Positions 42,224-61,579 of a DNA stretch of 64,000 nucleotides are shown here, piece after piece (position 1 is the stretch's first letter; the number at the start of each line of letters is the position of its first letter). The notes beneath the pieces were generated by a model that worked only from the letters and a program-made list of their open reading frames with translations, was not told where the DNA came from and ran no database searches. Source of the stretch: Ascidiella aspersa (Eukaryota); NCBI GenBank assembly GCA_963924565.1, contig OZ004607.1:15438001-15502000 (forward strand), in the 5' to 3' direction. Position numbers and translations under genes: made by a program.

Positions 42224-43552
42224 TCAGAGACGAACGAGTCGAGAAACAACTATACGCCAATGCTTGCTCAATCTGTTTAGTACAAGCAACTTCATATTGA
42301 AGGGGATCCACAGTACCATATTCAATGAAACATAAAACATATAACAACTGAGATCTAGCCCTCCTGAAGCTGCTTTTTGACCAGCGATTACAGCTATCAT
42401 TGGTACACCGAAAGCCATTAGACTCAGCGAATCTGTGGATCAATTATAAATCTTGCATAAATATGTTTATTTTGCTATTCAAATTGTTTAAAGGTAGGAC
42501 GAGGTTTTGTAGGTTGACTCGTGGTGATCAGCCTAGGTCACGGGTTCTAAAACTTGGGTCCATGGACCCCTTGGGGTTCGTGAACTCGTTTTAGGTGGTC
42601 CATTTAAGCCTTTGAAAGATTAGTGTATATAAGATGTAATCAAATTTTCAAAAAAAAATTTAATAAAAGTAAAACATTCTTGCTCTAAATGTATTCAGAC
42701 TCCATTTCACTTTCACATTTTTCGGTCCGAAAACAGCAGATTTCCTAAGATCATTTGTAGATTGTAGCCTATTGTGATGCGAATTTACAACAGGGGTTGT
42801 GATTTCACCTCTTTCTTCCCTAACGTGCTCCATGGATAGCAAAAAATTATTTAGGCGTCCGCAGTAAAACATGTTTAGAACCTCGGTCCTAGGTGCACGG
42901 CTGGAAAAAATCGGAGCAACCTAGAGTACTAAACGTCAAAAGTGCACTTCTTAAAACTTATGGGAAAATCAGGGTCTATGTTGAATTTAGGGGGGTCAAG
43001 TTTGCTATTCTGAAAACACGGTACACTTTATGTGAATACCTGAATTAGTCAATTGCACACCTAAATTAAAAAAAATAGGTTGAGTTGATGTAAGATTCCA
43101 TACCTCAAGTTTGCACAAAACCTTAATTGCACAACTGTGCTCGCTCCAGGTTAGAAAGTAATGTCCGCTGCGCCGCGGCCATAGCCGTACATTTCAGGAA
43201 AAATCTCTGTAAATTGCGCTGATGCGCGAACAGTCGCTCAAAGCAAAGAGTTTTAATTCCACGAAATAAAACTTTGAAAAAAACTCTTTGCTCAAAAGCT
43301 TGGTCGAGCCAAAAAAGATTATAATATCTTTTTACTCTTCATATTCCTGCCGTTTTTACGATTTATTAGAAACTTTCGTTTCTTTTTGGTCATTAAAAAG
43401 TAAATTTATTGCGGACTTTGTAGAACAGATTGATACCTTGTGTCACATTTACAATAATCAAAAGCGTATTTTTGTGTCAAAGAGATGCGGTATTTAGTTT
43501 GCTTGTCAGCTAGTAATTCTACTTTGTATCCCGTAGCATAGCTATGTTACAG

Positions 43553-44250
43553 AAATGGCAGCAGCACAACACTAAAGAAGGATCATCGGACGATGTTTTT
43601 TTTAAACTTGGCTTCACTGAATTTAATTGCAAACCAAAATGTGTAATCTGTTTAAAAGTTCTAGCAGAAGAATCCATGAAGAAAAATGAACTTAAAAGTA
43701 ATTTAGTGAAATAAAAATCCAGGCTGCGTTAATAAACAATCTGATTTTTTTTAAAGTAAAATAGAATCTCTTGCATCACAAGAAGGCGTCATGAAAGCAT
43801 TACTGCAGTTGCATACTAAAGGTGAAGATATATTTATAAGTCTTAAGTTCTTTAACGAAAATTGGATATCTTGGGGAAAATGTGCTGCAATTTGTACCGA
43901 TGGTGTGGCAGCATGTTAGCCTACCTACTATTTTCTTGTTTGTATGATGAGATGGGTGCTGGTCACACAGTATTGCTATTACATACAGAAATGCGTTGGT
44001 TATCACGTGGTCGAGTTCTCTAGCGAGTTTATAAACACCGAAAAAAATAATTTTGTTCGTAAACAAAGAGAATAATTTGGCCTTGGCTATACAGTTTCAC
44101 AGTTCATTCGTGGCTTACTTGGCCGACACATTTGATCCGCTGAGTTGTTTACATCATTATATGCAATAATTGACGACATTGCCAAAATTACCGCTTTTTT
44201 CGAAAAACTTATTCTGTGGTAAAGCTATATAAAGCGAAATAAGCAATATG
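43553..44250 (+). mobile_element. Decayed Buster/Charlie-type hAT transposase remnant
   Basis: Fragments FKLGFTE..KPKCVICLKVLAEESMK (BED-like), W.KCAAICTDG and EMGAGHTVLLLHTEMRWLSRGRVL, separated by deletions, stops and frameshifts. Confidence 0.85.
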
Positions 44251-44770
44251 GTCGATAGATATGTGTCTGTCCAAAACACCACACTTGGACACCTTCAGCA
44301 ACTTATAAAAAAGTTTGAGAATTAGTATGGCGACAGCCTGACACCTTCCAAAGAACAATACTTGATATAAACAAATATATCCAAAGAACAAGACAGTATG
44401 TTTAGGTTACTATAGAACGTTGCCCGCGTGACTTAGGCCTAATAACTTTAAAAAGTGCAATTTCTGTTAAATGTCGTTATTTTGAGCATGGTTGGAATCT
44501 CTTTTATGTGCTTCCTGTATTACGTATATCTTTAAATGACGTTTTGCTAATTTAAAACATACTGGGATTCAGCTGCATGTTCGGCACACAAACAACACCT
44601 TTTTAAGATTAATTATTTTATGACGTAAAATTTTGACATCTTTCTAAAAATTCTTGTGCCCACCCAAACAATATCCGGTATCCACTCCTGTTGTCATCGA
44701 CTTCGTTAGTTTTTAAAAGAGTATTTTGGAAGGCGACAAATAAATATGTTTGTCGATCACTGATATGGCT

Positions 44771-45311
44771 TCATGCTGGAGTGAACCGTTTTTATGGACA
44801 GGTTCCGGTTCGAGTCAGATTGAAAAAATAGGGAGGGGGGGGCATTGATTTCTCAAAATTTTCAAAGGGGGCCACGTTGTCAAAAAGATTGGGAACCCCT
44901 CATGTAGGCTATATAATAATCAGTAAAAATCGTTAAAACCAGCAGTCTCGCAGTACTGTTCCATCGTGGAGTTTTAATTGCGCACTTTTACGAAGGTGAA
45001 TTTATTGAACGTATCGTAAAAAGTAAACCTGTATAATGAGTGTAAGTACTGCTTTACCGGTTGTTTATTTGCAATAATATAGTTGCCAAAATTTTCATTT
45101 TCCGAAGGTTCAAACCAGGAAGTCGAACCGAAACCGAACCGGAACTTTATGAACCGGTTTTGGGTCAATTTTATCCGAACCTTAACCGAAACTGAACCAT
45201 TTTTTGTGAGATTTTAAGGAGCTGAAACCAGAACTGAACCGAATAATTGGAAAGAACATGAACCTTAACCGAACCTTTACCCGTAAACAAAAGCGGTTCA
45301 CTCCAGCATGA
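44771..45311. mobile_element. MITE with GAACCG subterminal repeats
   Basis: 18-bp TIR TCATGCTGGAGTGAACCG / CGGTTCACTCCAGCATGA; a related GAACCG-rich end lies at 45560-45716. Confidence 0.75.
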
Positions 45312-46167
45312 CGTCACAACCTCTTATTACAGATTTAATTTACGACATGTTCGAAATTATTTAATTTACAACAATTTTATGACAAAAATTATAAATATTG
45401 ATTAAAACAACTTGATATTTTTATTTTTTCGATATTTCAGTAATGAGTTGCGGATTTTTAATAGGTCACGTAACTTAAATTAAATGACTTACAATTCAAA
45501 GATTATTGTCTACATTTATTGACCCACATTTTCAGATTTAACGCAACTTATATTGTATCCGAACCGGAACTTTTTGAACCGGTTTTGAAATAACGATGGT
45601 CGAACCGGAGCTGAAACGAAACTTTTAAATTGCTCGAAACCGAAACCGGAACTGAACCGGATTTCGAAAAAAATCCTTGAACCTGAACCGGAAAAGTCAA
45701 ACGGTTCGACTCCCTGGTTCAAACGTATAGGCTACTGTGTCTTTGGGTTATAACTATTTTGGGCTAAACAACAGAATTTTTGCATAGATCTAGTTAAAAT
45801 AGACAACAAAATCTAGTATTGGTTGTGTCTTTCGGACATCCCTAGTTGTGTTTAGGTTAACTTGACTTAAAAACTTTGGTTAAATTATTGTTCAAATCCA
45901 TAAAATCTTCAAAATTACTGTATGGGATTGGTTCAGCACCTTGGTTTATTTTTTATAATTTTTAATATCGCTAAAATATCTAATTTATTAACCGGCATTT
46001 GAAACGAATGAGTAGGTTTTATAACTTGGGAACAACAAAGCTGATTTCAGGGGCGGTCATACGCAATCAACCGATAAGTGTGTAAAATTCGTGCTTAGAA
46101 GTCTTGCTATAGCATTTGGAAAACGTTGGCAAGGAAGTTTTAAGTTTAGTTCATCAGAGTTTAAAGT

Positions 46168-53980
<7,813 letters not shown>

Positions 53981-54675
53981 TTGGCTTTTGCCGTCTTAAC
54001 GTTTATTGTATTGAAAACGCAAATTCGTCTACCAACACCCATGTTCCAGCCATCTTTTTGGTTGCCTACTTGCTGACCAAATCGTATTTAAAATTCACTT
54101 TTCTAGTAACTCGTGGCTGAAGAATTTGGTTTTCTTCGTTAATATTAAAAAGTTCTACCAAGTTTGTGCCATGATGTTTTTTGTTTGGTCCTGTTAATTC
54201 TAAGATCGTTAATAAACGACATTTACGGTTCCAATTATATAGTAATTTTACTTGAACAAACAATCCCAGGAACACTCGCGATTTGTATACTGTTGTAGGA
54301 TCATTTGTTTTTGCATTTACCAGAACTTTGGTTACAAACGTCAACAAAAATTAAACCTAAACAACTGAACGGTTTAATCTTGTGACTCGGTTTTCTTAAT
54401 GATATTTCTGACAAGCGAGGAAATCCCATTCGACGGTCCACGAGTTAAATGCCCGTATGTCACTAGCTTTTCTAAACCAAACTTAGCGTGTCAATACTTT
54501 TTATAAAATGACTTTTGGATCAGAAGAACCTTAAAGAAAACCGTAGACCACCTTTAGGATTTCCAGTAATAAAAGTTTGTTTTGTCCAAACCTCGTTGGT
54601 GTTCAAACTACATATTTAAACTGTTGATCACAGGCATAATAATCATATCAAAAACCACTGCTGTACAAACTATAT

Positions 54676-55029
54676 CGGGGGTTCTTAAACTTTTTTCGCC
54701 ACGGACCCCTAAAAAATGCATTTGCTTGCGTGGACCAGGATAGGCCATAAATGTTTAGGGATGACGTCATAAATTGACTCCACCATACAAATTGAATTTA
54801 GAAATATTCTGTTTTCAGTACAAAAAAAGTTTAGGTGAAATAAAGTGTTAAATACATTCAGCGGAAAAGCGTTTTATTTTTAATTAGGCTAAACTTTTTT
54901 CTTAAACTTCGAAAAAAAAACGAGTTACTTTTCAAATATAGACTAATATTTCAATTAGGCCTTAATGGGCAACCTAAAACTAGTTCACGTACCCCAATGG
55001 GTCATTGGACCCCAGTTTAAGAACCCCTG
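54676..55029. mobile_element. hAT MITE
   Basis: Ends CGGGGGTTCTTAAAC / GTTTAAGAACCCCTG; flanks AACTATAT / AACTACAT. Confidence 0.8.
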
Positions 55030-55903
55030 AACTACATGGTTAGGTTACGCCAGAGGATCAGATTTACTTGAGAAAATAAATAATGAGTTCAATACGACCT
55101 CTTGAAAAACAAATGTTTCGCACTATACATTCATTTATTTACGATAAAGCAGGACGGTAAACAATTTTCTAAAGAGAAAGAAAGCATACAATTCATACAA
55201 AAAACAATTACAAGTTTTGCGTTGTGTTGAGTGAAGGGTGTGCCCTTGGAAATCTGCGCAGGATTTTAATTTGGACTTTATATTTACACCCTAACCAAGT
55301 CCGAAATTTTATTTGAAGGCCTAGTGCAGCGTTTCTTAATCTTTTTTACCGCACAACCCACCTGTAAACCTTTAAAAACCTGGCGACTCACCAGGCCAGA
55401 AAGCGACCCCTTATTTTGGGGGTAGGCCCTATTCCAATATTTCTCGTGAAATACTTTCAAGTATGTATTAATAGGCCTCATAGTTCTTTATCTTGAAGTG
55501 AGCTAAGCAAAAAATAAGAGAAAACAATGTTAAAAAATATGTGTTATAGTCGGGAATACATGTACGGATCTGTAATTTAGCTTTGTTTTACATATATGCT
55601 ACATATATGTTTTATATTCTATAATTTGTTTGTTACTTGCCCGCGCCGCACGTGGCAATGTTTGCCACACTAGTGCGCCGCGGCGCATCTGTTAAAAAGC
55701 GACGGCATAGTGTTTCTGACTATTTTTTAAAAGTTATAGTTTGCTTTAGCAGACTGTTATCAGCACCCTGTGGATATCCATATTCGTGAATATATAGTTA
55801 AATCATCACGTATCAAATGTAAGGAGTGTAAATTCGTACTTGAATACACCTAGGCTATATATTATTACATTAGGCCCGGCCATGGCTCGAGCACCCCCTA
55901 TAG

Positions 55904-56379
55904 CAGTGGTCGGCAAACTGTGGGCCGCGGCCCGAATGTGTGCGAATCCGCGAGTTACTTTTGAATAGCTTAGTCTTACCATGCAGTTGTGGGCCGCGTG
56001 ATAGCCGTACATTCATTGCACTTTATTTTAAAAGTTCGTGTGACTAAGAATTTTTATATTGTCTCAGCGTGGCTAAGACCCACGTGGTACATGTGGTCCT
56101 GACGAGTGCCTGTCGAACTATATTTTTGCCAACTTTAATTATATGTAAACGCAAATATTTTAGCGCTTACCGCGTATATTTTTCTTTGTAGAATGTTTGA
56201 TATATGGCATGGTAGTGTTTTGGGCATTAATAAGGAGCCGTACCGGTACGTGTAATATTTCACCTTAAAAACAAATATCCTGAATCCGCCACTGTTTTCG
56301 TAGTGGTTTTATGTAGTGGACCTACAATAACTCTGAAAAAAAGCTTTGGGTCGCGACAAAAAAAGTTTGCCGACCACTA
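55904..56379. mobile_element. hAT MITE
   Basis: Ends CAGTGGTCGGCAAACT / AGTTTGCCGACCACTA; flanks CCCTATAG / CCTTATAT. Confidence 0.75.
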
Positions 56380-56414
56380 CCTTATATAGGATAAATAACA
56401 CCCATCAGCCTTTT

Positions 56415-59400
56415 TTACAACTCTGCATCTGCGGTTTTCTGCAAACTTGGTTTCCTTAGAATAGCCGACAAAGACTTGCATTTGACAAATGCACGTGAAA
56501 AGCACTTCTCAACGATTGCAGAATACAATAACGGGTTGAGGACGCTACTGATTGGCATTAGAAGAATCGCACTCACAGAATAGACCACAATAGACATGGG
56601 AATGCCTGCGAGGTGAATGTGGGACAGTATACACAGTGGTACCCAGCAGCAAAAGTTGGTAAATATTAATCGGGTGATTCGCTTTTTCAACGAGTCATTG
56701 CGCGTTGTGTTGGTGGATTTAACACGTGATTTACCATGCCTGTAAATTTGTATATACGCCACGGCAATATAGACAAATAAGGCGAAATTTATCGTCAGAA
56801 GAATAGTAGAAAAATGCCAGGAGTTATCTTGTTTAGAGTTAAAAAATCGAGGTAGGCTATACAGACGCTATTTTCGCTGTAATATCCTACGTAAGCTTTT
56901 ATATTCAACTTAAGATGTTTTAAATAGTTCACAGCGTCATTCAATGTTTCAACAGCAAGGTTGTTATCGTATTTCCAGCGGTTAATGCGCTGAGCAAGTG
57001 CATTTGCTTCATATTTACTTACTATATCGGCCTGGTTGAATAAGTTGGGAAACCACGGAAGTAAAGTAGTTGTGCGTAGGCTGAATGAAAGGAGGGCCAC
57101 TATTGCTAGGGAGATTACAAAGGTCCAAATTCTGACAATTATCAGGCACGCTTTAACCCGAATATGTTTTACGCCTGCAAAAGGATTTAAAGTCATCGAA
57201 AGTCTCAAACTTGTATTAGCAGCCATGAAAAGTACAGAACTCTCACTGGATATAACGACAAGACATCCTAAGAAAGAACAGGTTTTGCTAAAACGCCATT
57301 CCTTGTCATGAACCCAGAAATTTCAAGAGTATTTGGCTGATGTGATTGCCATTATAGCCATATACAGTCCCATTAAAAGGTCGGAAATAGCTAAATTTAA
57401 TATGAGAATTTGATTGTACTGTGTAAATAAAGACATGTGGCCCTCTGTCTTGATTCAGACAATCGTTCGAATAATCATGAATAAATTTCCAAAGCAGGCG
57501 AGAAAGGTCAATACCCACAAGAGAACACGCAATATAGAAGGGGATATCATTTTATATATAGATGCAAAATCCCCGACCTTGTCACTTCCATCGCTGCAGT
57601 GGTAAACGCCTTTGCTAACGAGCTTTGCCTCAATCGATAAAGCAAAGCCACCAATGCAATAAAAGCGATTTTGGCAAACTGACTCCAACTCATCGATTCC
57701 AAAACGACAGTCAATTTTTCCATCACAAACGTGATTCACGTCTATTGACGATTTAGTATCGCACATGAAACGCTTCGGACAATTGCGTTCGCCAAATCGA
57801 AATGGGCATTCGATGCTGTTAATATAGCGCCAAGCCTCATGTGGAAATAATTCGACACGGATCCAAACAGAATAAGTGAGTTTCTTCGCAATCGTCAAAT
57901 TCGTCTCTTATATCATTACATTCCGACCTCTTGTCACATAGGGCTGCGGTCTTTTTACCGTATTTGGTCATGCAACCTCATCATCATCTTTCTCACCCAC
58001 GTCATCTGGCAGTTGACAGTAACGCTCATCAACACCAACGTAGCATTCTGCTATTTCGTTGAGAATTACGCGGGAAACTTTAACACAACTTCTGTCGCTA
58101 TGGCATATCACTTGATTTACCGGGCAATCGGCGGTAAAGTTACGAAACACGTCATTGCAAATTGTTTGGTCCCCACAAAAGCATTTGTCGGAAAGATCAA
58201 AACAGTGGACAATTCCGTCGCAAACTTGCCTCCCAATGAGAAGCAATTTGTCCTAACATTGAAAGCATTTTTCGACAGCACTTTTACCGAAGCACAGGTC
58301 GGAATTGTCGTTACATTGTGCTACATCATCATACAGGTTTATCATATTTTATTTGAAAATTTGGCAGTACATTTAAAACCTGGGAATTTCGCTTCCAGTT
58401 CGTCGCTTCCATCGTTACAATCCTTTCTGCCATCACAAAAAAGATGAAGTGGTATAAATTCTCCGTTTTCACATTGAAATCGTGTATTTCATTCGGGTCA
58501 GTATTTGAGGAGGAAAAACAAACAGATATGTTGCGATTTGCCGAGTTTTTTACCACTGTGCAAGTTTTGTTTGTTCTTGTCGCTAACATGTTTACAATTA
58601 CAAGCATCTTTGCCTCATCGGCGATATTACATTGGGATACTTTTGTTGGTACGTTTAAGCAGTTTTTTACCACAGTCAAGCAAGGCTCATCGCTTTTGTC
58701 TAAGCAGTCGACAACGCCGTTGGTAAGAAATCTAATATGGATACAGCGATTCAATTTCGGGCATGTTTGACTGGAAGGTGGAAAATACATCCCCACCTTA
58801 CTTCTTGACTGCTACAATCGCATGCGAATTCATCACTCCAGTCACCACAGTCATTGAATCCGTTACAGGTAGAGGCAATGGAAACGCAAGATGGACCACC
58901 TGCACAAGATCCATGAAGTCCGCAAGAGCACTGAAATTGATTACTTTTGCAGGTACACCCAAATTCGTCACTCCGATCGCCACATTAGTTTTTCCCATTG
59001 CAGGCCAACTCTTTCATAATGCAAGACTTTCCAGTACCTTCTCTAATTTGCCAAACCTTACATCTAAATGTGTGCAGTTGCAATACATTCATCTAAATAT
59101 GTGCAGTTGCAATACATTTCATCTAAATATGTGCAGTTGCAATACATTTCATCTAAATATGTGCAGTTGCAATACATTTCATCTAAATATGTGCAGTTGC
59201 AATACATTTCATCTAAATATGTGCAGTTGCAATACATTTCATCGCTTCAGTCTTCACAATCATTATGCCCATCGCAGACCGCCAGATTTGGAATACAGTT
59301 TGGATGATTTTCACAAGATTCGGTGTAACTACACATACATTTGAAATGTTTTGGGCTACACTTAGATTCACGCTCATCGCTCCAATTACCACACTGGTTA

Positions 59401-60157
59401 ATGCCATCACACACACTATAACGAGAAATACATCGCTGAAAGCAAACACATGGTGGGCCGATGCAAATACCACCATTTCTACTGCAGTCGCACCTATAAA
59501 AATCTTCGCCACAGTTGCAGTTCCACTCGTCGCTACCATCGTACACTGGTATTTGCCATCACACCTCTGCGACGCATCGGCACATCCGATTGGCCCAGAG
59601 CAGTTCTTTTTGAGTAACAGCTACATAAATTGATTATCTGCACAGTTGCAGCCGATTTCATCCTCCCAATCCCCACAATCATTGTTTCCATCGCAAAATA
59701 ACGTGGAATTGATGCAGTTCGCATTCAGCACATTTGCTGCAGTAATATTACATTGTATGTCACCAGGTTTACATGGACAATTAAGTTATTCGTTTCCGTA
59801 AATGCAGTCGATTTTTCCATCACAATGCAAAGTCAAAGGCAAGTTTTGCACCGGAATACGTTTGCCTTTTGCTTTGCCGTGATCGCAGGGACAAGGCACG
59901 TTTTGCTGCGAGCAAAACTGTTCGTCTGTCCCGCTTACACAGTGTTGACGACCGTCGCAAATTTGGTCAAGTTGAAAGCACCTCGCACCTCCGTAGCATC
60001 GATTTGTTAGGGATTCGCATGTAAAATTAGGCCTAATTTTACATGTGTGAGTGGCAACTTTGTCTTAGGGCACGCATATGTGGCGAAATAACTATTGTCC
60101 TTGCTAGCCATGTATAGTGCGGCATTAATATTCGCTTGGCTCAGTACAAAACAGGGC
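56415..60157 (-). pseudogene. Pseudogene of an LDLa-repeat class A GPCR (LGR/GRL101/RXFP-related 7TM, no LRRs), intronless over about 3.7 kb
   Basis: Ten or more LDLa modules (e.g. QICDGRQHCVSGTDE, VCDGINQCGNWSDE, VCDGKIDCRFGIDE) run straight into LRVLLWVLTFLACFGN (TM1), NLAISDLLMGLY (TM2), EWRFSKTCSFLG (TM3), TNFCCWVP (TM6) and PISSVLNPLLYS (TM7). In-frame TGA at about 59247, 57455 and 57324, plus several frameshifts. The 5' limit is a guessed splice acceptor. Confidence 0.88.
59061..59243. repeat. 30-bp minisatellite, 6 copies
   Basis: Unit CATCTAAATATGTGCAGTTGCAATACATTT; five identical copies plus one with a substitution and a 1-bp deletion. Confidence 0.97.
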
Positions 60158-61579
60158 TGAGTATAAAAAATACCTAGGTAAGACATGCTCTCTAATGACT
60201 TACAGTAACAAAGTTAATTTAAATTAAATTGACTGGTTTGTTAATTTTTTAGAAACTAAGTGCATTTATTCGTTGACGAATGGTTGTATGCATTATTAAC
60301 GTGAAGAAATAAACAAGTGAAAACATTAACGCTATAGATACTTTTATAAGAAGGGGGGCACTAGAGTTGAGAGCCTTTCAAAGAGGCCACAAAGCATAAC
60401 AGGTTGAGAACCATTGTTTGGAGTTTACCTGATTTTGAAGGACAGTTGATGATTACCAGAAAAACATGTAGAAACAGCAGAAACATTTCATTAAAAAGGT
60501 TTAGTACTTTTACGTTACTTGGTCAAACTTATATAAGCATAAATTATATTCCATTGTTAAATATTGATCAACCTGGCCAATGCGATTGTGCAGAAAAGTG
60601 TTTACGTTTACGAGGTTAAACTTTGAAAAAAAGGTTGAGACACACGCGAATTAAAAAAGAAGGAGATGGCGGGCGATATGAAACGTCCCTTTAGAAAATA
60701 GTTTTTTATTTCATTACTGACCAATAAAACTAAGATCGCGGACCAACAAAATTAACGTGGGTAACATTTAGCCTACGGGCCTGTAGTTGGGCCACTCTGT
60801 TCTATTAACTCCACAGCTGTATGTCTGCACGGAAACCATACAACTTTTGGCTTATAGGATTAAAGGATCAATATTTTAAACAGGGTTTCATCTTTTTTGC
60901 TTTTTAGCGTTTTTCCTGACGCAGTTTTAAAACTAAATGCCCTGACAATGTTAGCGAAACTCCTGACGTTTGGCAAACCCTAGCAAAAACTAAACTCTAA
61001 CTTTGGTATCATTTTTACCAGACTACAGAAAGCAATTTGTCTGTCACTTTAAATTCGACATAATTGTTTTGTCGTTAAGGCTACGTAGTTTTCCAGACTC
61101 ATATTGATTTATTCTAATACTGGATCAATATGCTAGTTTATTTGTTTAAACTTAATATTAACTCGATAATCCCCAAATATTTGTTCACGAATAACACAAA
61201 AAAATTAATAAGTGGCGACCTGTCTAAATAAATGTTGTATTTGAACAATTACAACATTGATCGTTATTTGTATAAATCCAATTCGGCAAGGTTTATTGTT
61301 TGGTGGGCATCTAAAGATGACCGATGAATTTATGTGAGACCGGGCTTACGCATTCGAGAAACTTATTTATAGAAACTTCACTTAACTAAACATAGGTCTC
61401 ACTTAATTGTTCCATCGATTCGATAAGATTTACTTTGGTAACTTTTATTGACACGCGATTGAAAAGCAGATGGTACCTTGCGCAACATGAAAAACATGTA
61501 ATAAATAACGTTTATTATACAATTTACACATATCATAATTAATTGTGTATCAAACAATAACATGTTAAAACACGATGTT

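Noticed and set aside
42340-42444. Hammerhead ribozyme (CTGAAG...CGAAA)
   Set aside because: The core reads CTGAAGC rather than CTGANGA and I could not build stems I-III.
59061-59243. CRISPR-like array
   Set aside because: The units are head-to-tail with no unique spacers, there are no cas genes, and the context is eukaryotic.
57300-59260. In-frame TGA codons in the Cys-rich receptor read as selenocysteine or readthrough
   Set aside because: They fall where Trp, Arg or Gly are expected rather than Cys, and they co-occur with several frameshifts, so decay is the simpler reading.
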